In this document: positions 48,396-56,474 of the stretch, piece by piece
How the letters are laid out: every line of letters begins with the position of its first letter
Numbering within the stretch: the first letter of the stretch is position 1
Source: Pyrinomonadaceae bacterium
GTDB lineage: Bacteria > Acidobacteriota > Blastocatellia > Pyrinomonadales > Pyrinomonadaceae
Assembly: GCA_036388775.1 (NCBI GenBank)
Contig: DASVRD010000002.1
Location: forward strand, 1,482-65,481
Length of the DNA: 64,000 nucleotides
Reading direction: 5' to 3'
Notes under the pieces: generated by a model
The model's input: the letters and a program-made list of their open reading frames with translations, nothing else
Told to the model about the DNA's origin: nothing
Databases searched by the model: none
Translations under genes and position numbers: made by a program

Positions 48396-49485
48396 TTTTT
48401 ATCGCAATTCGCGCTCGCACCCAGCCTTTTTCTTCGCTCAATGTAAGACTTCCGCGCTCGTGAAAAATTTTCTCAAGTCGTTGAGTGACGTTTTTTAAGC
48501 CGACATTTGTGCCGTTTATCCCGCGTGATAACGCGCCCGTGTTAGCGACTTCCATTATCAAAGCGTTGGCATCGAGCCGCGCCGAAACCAAAATTTTCAG
48601 CGGTTTGGCGCGTCCGTTCAAACCGTGTTTGACCGCATTTTCGATTAAAGGATTGAGCAGAAAAGGCGGAACCGGCAAATCTTCGACCGTTTTGGCAACG
48701 TCGAAATTAACTTCCAATTTTTCTTCAAACCTGGTTTTTTCAATCGCCAGATAATTTTGCGCGGCTTCGATTTCATCGCGCAGCGGAATCATTTCCGCGC
48801 CGTTATTGAGCAGCGAGTAGCGCAAAAATTCGGCAAGCTGCGTGACCATTTGTTTTGCCCGGCGCGAGTCTTCGTCAATCGAAGCCCGAATCGAATTTAA
48901 CGAATTGAAAAGAAAATGCGGATTGAGCTGATAGCGCAAAACTTCGAGTTGAGCTTGATTGGCGAGCGCAGACGCGGCAAGCGCGTTTTCTCGTTCGCGC
49001 TGCCACGCGAGCCAGTATTTGATGCCGAAATAAAGCGCGCTCCACGCCGTCAGAGTCAACCCGTAATCGAGCGAGGTACGCGGGCTGCGCGCCAGACTGG
49101 ATGCCCAAACGAAGTTTGGGGCGGTTAATCCGCCATAAATCATTTCGAGAAAAGCCCACGCCAAGCCGAAAATGATGGAAGTCGTCAGAACGAGCAAAAC
49201 CGTCGCCTGAATTGAAAGACTGGCAAAGCGGCGATAAATAAGCCGCATCGCGCAAGTCAGGCAAAAGCCGATCACAGTGCGAACCAGTTTGATCTGAAAC
49301 AGACGCCAGTAAGTTCCGGGGGCGGCAACGGTTAAAAATGTGACATACATCATCACCAGATAAACCAGCCAGCCCCAGATTTGGAGTTGCCAGAAAGTAT
49401 AAACACGGTCGAACAAACCGCTAAATGCCGGTTTCTCGATTGTTTCGGCACGGCTTAAAGGTGCTTTTGCAAAAATTTCTTCCAT
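48367..49485 (-). CDS. LytS/YehU-type sensor histidine kinase (membrane)
   Basis: 372 aa. TM helices, LRYQLNPHFLFNSLNSI, NAVKHG...NVGLKNV. Confidence 0.85.
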   Translation of the reverse strand: MEEIFAKAPLSRAETIEKPAFSGLFDRVYTFWQLQIWGWLVYLVMMYVTFLTVAAPGTYWRLFQIKLVRTVIGFCLTCAMRLIYRRFASLSIQATVLLVLTTSIIFGLAWAFLEMIYGGLTAPNFVWASSLARSPRTSLDYGLTLTAWSALYFGIKYWLAWQRERENALAASALANQAQLEVLRYQLNPHFLFNSLNSIRASIDEDSRRAKQMVTQLAEFLRYSLLNNGAEMIPLRDEIEAAQNYLAIEKTRFEEKLEVNFDVAKTVEDLPVPPFLLNPLIENAVKHGLNGRAKPLKILVSARLDANALIMEVANTGALSRGINGTNVGLKNVTQRLEKIFHERGSLTLSEEKGWVRARIAIKNDETKSINS

Positions 49486-50306
49486 CTTCTTTCCGCAATC
49501 TGTGCGTAATGGGCACGGTATGTTTCTCCCCCGACACCGGCAAACCCGTGTCCCGCATCATCGTAAATATAAATTTCCGGTTTGCGATTTTTAGCCGAGA
49601 ATTTTTCGCCCAGCTTTGCAACGAGTTCATTCGGAATCAAGCCGTCGCGCGTTCCGTAATGAAACTGAATAGGAATTTTAACTTCTTCAATAAATTCCAA
49701 CATAGACGGTCGCGGATCGGTTGGAGAATTGCGTTCCGGCGGAAACGCCGGACTCGCATAAAAAGCTACCACGGCTTTGACGCGCGAATCGGAATGGGCA
49801 AACCGCGCCGCCGTATAACCGCCGCCGCAATAACCGAGAACTCCGAAGCCTTCGCCATTATACAGCGATTTTGTTTTCAGAAATTCAACTCCGGCTTGCC
49901 CGTCCGCAATGTAACGCTTGATAAAACGGTCGCTGCTCACGAACTCCTGCGGCAATTTCGCCATATCGTCTTTTTCGCGCGAAGTCGAACTGACGGCTAA
50001 ACCGACAAATCCGGCTTCGGCAAGCCTGACAGCCGTATGATTAACATCTTCAGGCAAAGCGGCGTTGCCGTGTAAAACCAGAACGGTTCGATATTTTCCA
50101 CGTTTTTTCGGATAAGCCAAATAACCTTTAATCGTGTCCTCGCCGTTCTTAAAATCAACCAATTGCTGCTCAACTTTCTCGCCTTTGTCGTCATTTTTTG
50201 TTTGCGCGAACAAAGTCGAAGCGAGCGCGATTCCGCCTACGGCAGCGCCCGCTATAGCTAAAAAGTCGCGCCGCGTCCGCTTGTTTCCGCAATCTTCCAG
50301 ACACAT
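49455..50306 (-). CDS. Tat-exported dienelactone hydrolase family protein
   Basis: 283 aa. Twin-arginine signal KRTRRDFLAIAGAAVGGIALA, nucleophile motif VLGYCGGGY, C-terminal DDAGHGF. Confidence 0.8.
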   Translation of the reverse strand: MCLEDCGNKRTRRDFLAIAGAAVGGIALASTLFAQTKNDDKGEKVEQQLVDFKNGEDTIKGYLAYPKKRGKYRTVLVLHGNAALPEDVNHTAVRLAEAGFVGLAVSSTSREKDDMAKLPQEFVSSDRFIKRYIADGQAGVEFLKTKSLYNGEGFGVLGYCGGGYTAARFAHSDSRVKAVVAFYASPAFPPERNSPTDPRPSMLEFIEEVKIPIQFHYGTRDGLIPNELVAKLGEKFSAKNRKPEIYIYDDAGHGFAGVGGETYRAHYAQIAERRWKKFLQKHL

Positions 50307-50350
50307 ATACTTTCTCCTTCAGATTTGCTGGATTTTTTAACTTCCGCTTG

Positions 50351-50809
50351 TTAGTTTTTCTTAACCGGCTGTTTAGGTTCGGCTTGGGCAATCTTATTAA
50401 CGATTTTCCATTCGCCGTCAATTTTCAAAAGCAGCAGATAATCGGTAATTTTTATGCTCGGATAGTCAAAGACGAGCTTGGCGATTGCTGCGTTTTTTGT
50501 GATTTCAACAGTCTCAATTTTCCGTTTGCGCTTGGCTTCATCAGAAGCAGGCTTGCCCGGAAATGATTTCACGTAATCTTCAAATTTAAAACTTATCAAT
50601 TTGCCGTCGTCCGGTTTTATGCCCTGAATTTTCGCTTCCGGGTGAAAAGATTTACCGAGATTGCTGCCGTCGCCTGTTGCGTGCGCCTTGATGTAATTTT
50701 CAAGCGGAATGCGAACGGCTAATTGTTCCGCATCCGCTTTTTGGGCGAAGGCTTGAACGATGACGGTTGATAATACGATTGCAATGAAAAATAACGATTT
50801 GATTTTCAT
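50351..50809 (-). CDS. secreted NTF2-like protein (putative lumazine-binding / SnoaL_3-like)
   Basis: 152 aa. Signal peptide. IPLENYIKAHATGDGSNLGKSFHPEA...DYLLLLKIDGEWKIVNK is paralogous to the C-terminal half of 51892-52722. Confidence 0.6.
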   Translation of the reverse strand: MKIKSLFFIAIVLSTVIVQAFAQKADAEQLAVRIPLENYIKAHATGDGSNLGKSFHPEAKIQGIKPDDGKLISFKFEDYVKSFPGKPASDEAKRKRKIETVEITKNAAIAKLVFDYPSIKITDYLLLLKIDGEWKIVNKIAQAEPKQPVKKN

Positions 50810-50864
50810 AATTTTCTTTGAGAGCGTTTAGAAACTAACGCCAAATTCAATGTTAGTCGCAGTT

Positions 50865-51773
50865 TTATTTTGTTTTAGTCATGAAATAGTCCCAAGCTGC
50901 TTTTGAAATGTCTGCAATTATTTTTTCATTTGTTGCTGCATCTTCTTTTGAATTGGTTACAAAAACGCTAATAAAAAAATGTTGTCCATTCGGTAAAAAC
51001 ACAATTCCAATATCGTTAACCGCCGCTGTTATACCTGTCGTTCTGTTAGTTCCTGAAGAACCCGTTTTGTGAGCAACAACGGTTCCTGTTGGTAATTGTC
51101 CTTTTAACCTGTTTCTGCCGGTTTCCGTTTCTTTCATCGCTTTCCAGATAAAGTCATAACTATTTTTGGAAAGCAGCTTTTTCTTGTTCTCATAAAACGA
51201 CGATAAAACTTCGTTTGCCGCTTTCGGGGTCGTCCAATTTTGAAACTGTAAATCCCAATTACCCTGCTGATCCTCTTCATTGAATTTTATTGATACGTCT
51301 TTAAATTTATTTTTTATGAAGTATTTTTCAACCGCCTGAGGTCCGCCGATCAGCCTTAACAAAACATCGCAGCCTACGTTGTCGCTTGCAGAAACCATGT
51401 ACTCTAAAATTTCTGAAATCGCGAGGCTTGCTCCATCAGGATATTTATCTCTAATGGGACTATAAAGATTGGGTAAAAGGTCTTTCTTCTCAATTTTTAT
51501 TTTTTGATCAAGAGAAAATTTTCCTTTGTCAATTTCAGACAGCAATGCTAAAGCGATATGAAGCTTAAAGACGCTTTGCATTGGGAAACGGCTGTCACCA
51601 TTTATGGATAAAGTGTTTTTCCGGTCGTTCCCAACGATTGAAACGCCAACCACAGCGTTCTTTGTCGAAACGATTTGTTGTATTTCCTGTCGTAATGAAT
51701 TTGTAGTTTGAGCAGATGTCTGGCTGGTAACGAATAGAAAAAGTAAAAGTGCTAAGTGAAACGGTTTAGTCAT
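50865..51773 (-). CDS. class A beta-lactamase, CfxA/CblA/CepA-like (subclass A2)
   Basis: 302 aa. Signal peptide, SxxK as FPMQSVFKLHIALALL, SDN as VSASDN, KTG as AHKTGSSG. NDIGIVFLPNG...FVTNSKE resembles my memory of CfxA. G+C is 20 and 21 in the 60-nt lines starting 50881 and 51241. Confidence 0.8.
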   Translation of the reverse strand: MTKPFHLALLLFLFVTSQTSAQTTNSLRQEIQQIVSTKNAVVGVSIVGNDRKNTLSINGDSRFPMQSVFKLHIALALLSEIDKGKFSLDQKIKIEKKDLLPNLYSPIRDKYPDGASLAISEILEYMVSASDNVGCDVLLRLIGGPQAVEKYFIKNKFKDVSIKFNEEDQQGNWDLQFQNWTTPKAANEVLSSFYENKKKLLSKNSYDFIWKAMKETETGRNRLKGQLPTGTVVAHKTGSSGTNRTTGITAAVNDIGIVFLPNGQHFFISVFVTNSKEDAATNEKIIADISKAAWDYFMTKTK

Positions 51774-51798
51774 TTTCTTTGCTCCTGAATGTGAATTT

Positions 51799-51837
51799 AT
51801 TTGGCGATGGTGAGCGTGTTGTTCACTATCGCCAAAT
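51799..51837 (-). terminator. hairpin separating the beta-lactamase gene from the upstream gene
   Basis: atttggcgatggtga (51799-51813) pairs with tcactatcgccaaat (51823-51837): 15 bp, one G-T pair. Confidence 0.45.
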
Positions 51838-51891
51838 TACAATTTTAAATTTCTAAACACCTTTTTAGAGGCTTACCGTCCCCAAAGCGTT

Positions 51892-52722
51892 TCATTTTCC
51901 GCCGCCTGTTTTCGGCTCAAAATGAAAACTCTTGTTAATGATTTTCCACTCGCCGTTGATTTTGAGCAGAGTCATATAATCAACGAATTTGCCGGTCGGG
52001 TAATCGAGAATGATTTTCCCGACCGCAGCGTTTCCCGCAACGTCAACGCTCTCGATCCAGCGTTTGCGTTTGTCCTCGTCCGGCGCGGGTTTTCCGCTCA
52101 TTCCATTGATGTATTCGGCGAATGAGCGCGTCGAATATTTGCCTTCGCGAATAAAAATCAAATTGCCTTCGGTGTGAAACGCTTTGCGCATAAATTCAGG
52201 ATTGCCCGTCGCGTGTCCCTGCAAATAATTTTCGAGCGGAATGCGCGCGGCGGCTTTTTCCGCATCGGTCGTTTGCGCCGCGAGCATCATTCGAGCAGTT
52301 TCCGAAGAAATCGGCTCAGTAAATGTCCGGTTAAATTTAATCTCGGAAATTTCTCTCGGATTTATTTTGTCGCCTTTTTGTGCGCTCCGGCTCGTTTTGC
52401 GGTATTCCGAAAATTCGTTGAAAACGGCTTCGCGTTTTTCGTAAGCCCACGAATCTTTATATTCGGTCATCAGCAGAACATCCCATTCGGCGGCTTGAGC
52501 CGTAGGCAAAGACAAAACCTGATAGTTCGAGACAATTCCTTTCTCTTTCATAAAGGCTCGCGCCTGTGCCCAATTCTGTTCGATAAATTGCAAATAATCG
52601 GCTTGCCGCCCGCCCTTGGTTTTGACGAAATCAACCGCCCAGACGGAAACTGATTGAGCAAAAACGTTTACGGACATCAATAAGACGAAAGCTCCGGGTA
52701 AAAAAAATGTTTTTGTTTTCAT
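51892..52722 (-). CDS. secreted two-domain protein: N-terminal alpha/beta (Dabb/ABM-like?) domain + NTF2-like domain
   Basis: 276 aa. Signal peptide. The C-terminal half (IPLENYLQGHATGNPEFMRKAFHTEG...DYMTLLKINGEWKIINK) is paralogous to 50351-50809. Confidence 0.6.
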   Translation of the reverse strand: MKTKTFFLPGAFVLLMSVNVFAQSVSVWAVDFVKTKGGRQADYLQFIEQNWAQARAFMKEKGIVSNYQVLSLPTAQAAEWDVLLMTEYKDSWAYEKREAVFNEFSEYRKTSRSAQKGDKINPREISEIKFNRTFTEPISSETARMMLAAQTTDAEKAAARIPLENYLQGHATGNPEFMRKAFHTEGNLIFIREGKYSTRSFAEYINGMSGKPAPDEDKRKRWIESVDVAGNAAVGKIILDYPTGKFVDYMTLLKINGEWKIINKSFHFEPKTGGGK

Positions 52723-52752
52723 AAATAACCTTTCTTCTTTCTAATTCAAAAA

Positions 52753-53880
52753 TTAAACTTTGGCGTTTAACGACGCTCGCAGGGCTTTGAAGAAAATTTG
52801 CATTTCCTCCTGTGTTCCGACAGTGATTCGCGCCCAATCGGAATCGAGCGGAGCATTGCTCGCACCGCGAATTTGAATGTTGTATTTGGCGAGTCGGGCG
52901 GGCAAATCCCTGTTTCCCGCACCGAAATTTACCCAAATCGAATTTGCCTGCGACGGCACTTGCGGGAGATTCATCTTTTCAAATTCGCGCTTCATAAACT
53001 CGCGCGTCGCTGTATTTCGACGGCGGCTCTCGCGGACAAATTCCGAGTCCTGCAAACCGGCAATCGCCGCGCGCAAACTGACCGGATTAAACCAGGTCAT
53101 CCGAAATTGCTTTAAACGGGCGGCAATTTCAGGTTTTGCCAAGCCGTACCCGACGCGCATTCCCGCTAAACCGTAGATTTTCGAGAAGGTACGCAGGACG
53201 ATGACATTTGCGCCTTTGCGAACAAAATCAATCATTGAAGACGCTGGAAAATCATCAACATATTCCAGATAAGCCTCGTCAACCAGAATCGGCGCTTGTT
53301 TTGAAACAACTTCGCAGAATTGTTTTAATTTCTCGGTGGAAACAATCGTTCCGGTCGGATTGTTCGGGTTGCAAATGTAAACGAGCTTCGTCGCGGCGGA
53401 AATGCGGCGGCTCATCGCGTCCAAATCGTGAACGTGATCTGCATCAAGCGGCACACGGTTGATCCTCGCGCCGATTCTTTCGGCATATTGAAGCAGCCCG
53501 AAAAATGTCGGCGAAGCCGCCACGATTTCGCCTTGATTAAGCCCATAAGCTACTGCCGCCATTGCCAGGATTTCGCCCGAACCCGTTCCCAAAACAATTG
53601 ATTCCGGCGGGACGTTTTCACGTTCGGCAATCAGCTTTTCAAGCTGCGCGGCTTCGGTTTGCGAATAGCGGTTTCCGAGTGAAACGGATTCGATAATTGC
53701 TTGTCGTGCTTTGGGCGAAGGACCGTATGGATTTTCGTTACCCGAAAGACGAATTATTGATTGTGATTGTGATTGGGCGGCGATTGTATTGCTGCCTGTT
53801 CCTAGATTCAGAAAAGCCGAAGCTCCGGCAACAGCGCCAATTTTCAGCATCTCGCGGCGATTAACAGAATGAATTGACAT
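52753..53880 (-). CDS. Tat-signal-bearing HisC-like class I/II PLP aminotransferase
   Basis: Track ORF extends to 54045 but crosses a strong terminator, so I prefer ATG 53880. MSIHSVNRREMLKIGAVAGASAFLNLG is a twin-arginine signal. LSGNENPYGPSP, NPNNPTG, and the PLP lysine in RTFSKIYGLAGMRVGY. Confidence 0.75.
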   Translation of the reverse strand: MSIHSVNRREMLKIGAVAGASAFLNLGTGSNTIAAQSQSQSIIRLSGNENPYGPSPKARQAIIESVSLGNRYSQTEAAQLEKLIAERENVPPESIVLGTGSGEILAMAAVAYGLNQGEIVAASPTFFGLLQYAERIGARINRVPLDADHVHDLDAMSRRISAATKLVYICNPNNPTGTIVSTEKLKQFCEVVSKQAPILVDEAYLEYVDDFPASSMIDFVRKGANVIVLRTFSKIYGLAGMRVGYGLAKPEIAARLKQFRMTWFNPVSLRAAIAGLQDSEFVRESRRRNTATREFMKREFEKMNLPQVPSQANSIWVNFGAGNRDLPARLAKYNIQIRGASNAPLDSDWARITVGTQEEMQIFFKALRASLNAKV

Positions 53881-54026
53881 AAACAGAATTCTCCGTAAAA
53901 AAAGCAAAACCAGATTAAATCGGTTCGATTCTTTGCGGCGAGAAAAAATCTGTGAGCGGTGCAAAGCAGGTGTTAAGCGGCGTTTGAAAGAAATGCGAAT
54001 CAGGCTCTCAAAGTCGAAAAAGCGTG

Positions 54027-54067
54027 AAAAAAGAGCGGATTTCAATATTTGAAATCCGCTCTTTTTT
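54027..54067. terminator. strong hairpin with A/T-run flanks downstream of the NYN gene
   Basis: aaaaaagagcggatttcaa (54027-54045) is the perfect complement of ttgaaatccgctctttttt (54049-54067). Confidence 0.75.
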
Positions 54068-54081
54068 CAACTGCCCAATTT

Positions 54082-54630
54082 TTACTTTTTACCAATTTGC
54101 TTTTTTAAATCATCGAGATAAACGACCGGCGCGCTCGATTCGGCTGCGAGAGCATCGGAAAGCCCGTCGCTCCACGAAATTATTTCGACGCGCAAGCCCA
54201 AGCCTTTGATAAATTGGACGGTTTCGAGATAATCGCGGTCGCCGGAAATCAAAATCGCCGTGTCGTAAGCTTTGTTGATTCCGAGCGTCAGCATTTTCGT
54301 TGCCAATCCCACATCAACGCCTTTTTCCGCCAGATAAGTGTGCGACTCGCCGCAGTTGAGGCATCGAATCGTGCGTTTGCCGAGCGGATAAGTTGCGACT
54401 TCCCAGCGCATTTCTTCTTTTAAAAACTGAAAATAATTGGCTTCGCCGTCGGATTGATTTTCTTTTTCGCCGCCGAAATAATAAACCTGCCAAACTTCTT
54501 CGCCGTTTTGCGACAAAAATTTAATGAATCGTTGCCAATCAATGCGCCAACCGTTGTCGCGCTGTCCGTGAAAAACATTTTGGTCGTCAATAAAACAAAT
54601 CGTTTTGCCCCTTGTTACAGTCATATTCAA
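54082..54630 (-). CDS. NYN/LabA-like domain protein (putative RNase fold)
   Basis: 182 aa. ICFIDDQNVFHG...EKGVDVGLATKMLTL...YDTAILISGDRDYLETVQFIKGLGLRVEIISW. Confidence 0.7.
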   Translation of the reverse strand: MNMTVTRGKTICFIDDQNVFHGQRDNGWRIDWQRFIKFLSQNGEEVWQVYYFGGEKENQSDGEANYFQFLKEEMRWEVATYPLGKRTIRCLNCGESHTYLAEKGVDVGLATKMLTLGINKAYDTAILISGDRDYLETVQFIKGLGLRVEIISWSDGLSDALAAESSAPVVYLDDLKKQIGKK

Positions 54631-54657
54631 ATAAAAAATCAGTTAGCCGTGGTTAGC

Positions 54658-54702
54658 GAACAGCCTTTCAGCTCAGGTTTTGCCATCACTGAAAGGCTGT
54701 TC
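54658..54702 (-). terminator. hairpin downstream of the M43 operon
   Basis: gaacagcctttcag (54658-54671) is the perfect complement of ctgaaaggctgttc (54689-54702). No T-tract. Confidence 0.45.
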
Positions 54703-54752
54703 ATATTCAGACTGAGCAGAGTTTTGATAGAGTTCAAAACAAGCTCGAATCA

Positions 54753-55070
54753 TTATTTCTTCAACACCAGCTTATCGTCTTCGACCGAAGCTATTTGAAG
54801 TTTTCGGTCCGGTTCGGATTCGGTGCGAAAAGCGATTTCATTTTCTTCGGCAAGCTCCCATTCACCCTGCGCCTGCTTGACGCTGTCGGCGGCGGTCGCC
54901 GTGCCTTTAACGAATTTCCCATCAGGTTGAAGCTCGTAAACATCGCGCGGCTGCCGCCTCAGCGGAAAGTCGTAGCTTGATGGACGAAAGACGATTTCGT
55001 CATCCGTGTCTTCCTCGGACGAATGCACCCATTCGCCGCACAGCGCTTCTTTGTTAAATTTAGTGCTCAT
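54753..55070 (-). CDS. small acidic hypothetical protein (105 aa)
   Basis: No signal peptide and no recognised domain. 15 nt downstream of the M43 peptidase gene on the same strand. Confidence 0.55.
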   Translation of the reverse strand: MSTKFNKEALCGEWVHSSEEDTDDEIVFRPSSYDFPLRRQPRDVYELQPDGKFVKGTATAADSVKQAQGEWELAEENEIAFRTESEPDRKLQIASVEDDKLVLKK

Positions 55071-55085
55071 CTTCGATACTCCTAT

Positions 55086-56060
55086 TTATGTTCCAAGCGC
55101 GCTTCGAAAACCGTCCAAAGTAGCCTGCATTCGCGCCACTTGCTCGACGGTAAACATAAACATCGCTTCGTCGTCAACATAATCCATATAGTTCATAAAC
55201 ATATCGCCGTTCGGACCATTGCTGCAACTAATGCGCGGGAAAACGGGCTTTCCGGCGTTCGGTCCGGCGGCATTCGGCGTGTCTCTGACAAAATCAGTCC
55301 CGGAGCAATCTTCCGTGTCGCCCCAGATGTGACGGAGATTCAGATAATGCCCGACTTCGTGCGTCGTCGTGCGCCCGAGATTAAACGGCGCTTGCGCCGT
55401 TCCGCTCGTACCGAAGGCTTTATAATTGATAACCACGCCGTCGGTTTCCGCCGGACCGCCGGGAAATTGAGCATAGCCGAGAAGCCCGCCGATCAAAGGA
55501 CAAACCCAGATATTCAAATAACTGTCGGTCGCCCAGGCAGCTTTCCCTTCGGCTGCGCGTTTGACCGAATCGTTTGTTCCGAACGGTGTTGTCCGCGTCG
55601 TTTTTGTCCGCGTGATTCCGTTTGTCGAATTGCCGTCGGGGTCTGTCGTGGCGAGCGCAAATTCGATATTGGCATCGCCGACGAGACCTTTCCAAACGGG
55701 CGGAACTTTTGTTTTGTCCGTATTTTTGGCGCGGAAATCGCGGTTCAAAACTTTGATTTGGCTTTTGATTTGTGCCGCTGAAATGTTCTGTTGCGGCGTC
55801 ATATAAACGACGTGAACGACGACCGGAATAGTTACGGTAGTGGTGCGAAAAGCGTCGGTTCCGCGAGCCAATCGCGCTTTGGTCTCCTCTTCGAGACTTG
55901 CTTGAATCGTGCGAAAATTGTCGTCCGTTTCAAGCAATCTGAAATGCGCCGCCATTGCGCCGCACTGCCGTCTAAGCGGCGTTAAATCTTCAACTATTTC
56001 GGCAGTATTGCCGGCTTTTTCTTCATTTGAGTTATTTTTGCTTCCTTTTTTTTCAGCCAT
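55086..56060 (-). CDS. M43 (pappalysin/cytophagalysin-like) zinc metallopeptidase without obvious signal peptide
   Basis: 324 aa. HEVGHYLNLRHIWGD extended zinc motif. The N-terminus MAEKKGSKNNSNEEKAGN is hydrophilic. Confidence 0.75.
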   Translation of the reverse strand: MAEKKGSKNNSNEEKAGNTAEIVEDLTPLRRQCGAMAAHFRLLETDDNFRTIQASLEEETKARLARGTDAFRTTTVTIPVVVHVVYMTPQQNISAAQIKSQIKVLNRDFRAKNTDKTKVPPVWKGLVGDANIEFALATTDPDGNSTNGITRTKTTRTTPFGTNDSVKRAAEGKAAWATDSYLNIWVCPLIGGLLGYAQFPGGPAETDGVVINYKAFGTSGTAQAPFNLGRTTTHEVGHYLNLRHIWGDTEDCSGTDFVRDTPNAAGPNAGKPVFPRISCSNGPNGDMFMNYMDYVDDEAMFMFTVEQVARMQATLDGFRSALGT

Positions 56061-56474
56061 TTGATTCTCCTAAGTAATTTAATAAGACAACCTCTGCCGG
56101 CTCTTCGATCAGCCGGAAGCGGTTGAGTTGATGACAAGAACACAGCTCAAATGCGGCTCTAAAAGCGCGTCGGAGCTATTATTTGGTCGAGCTGGCATTT
56201 TAACTCTCATTTAATTAACGCACCGTAAAGGAATGAAAACTATCATCGCTCAAATATTTTTTTAGGATTTCTGCGTCTTCTTAACGAAAATAAAAGATAA
56301 CAAAAATAGATGTTAAAAACATGCTGGCGAACGTAAAAATATTAACGGCAGGCGATAAATAATGGATTAGTGGAAAGCGATGCCGGAGAATGATACATCG
56401 GATGCGATAAGGCTATACTGATTTTGATATAATTTTCTTCGTATTCGGATATGACAGATTTATTGTCTAAATAA

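Noticed and set aside
53881-54045. Longer start for the aminotransferase ORF (MKSALFSRFFDFE...)
   Set aside because: The extension would run through the strong terminator hairpin at 54027-54067, and it is basic and low-complexity. ATG 53880 places a canonical Tat signal at the N-terminus.
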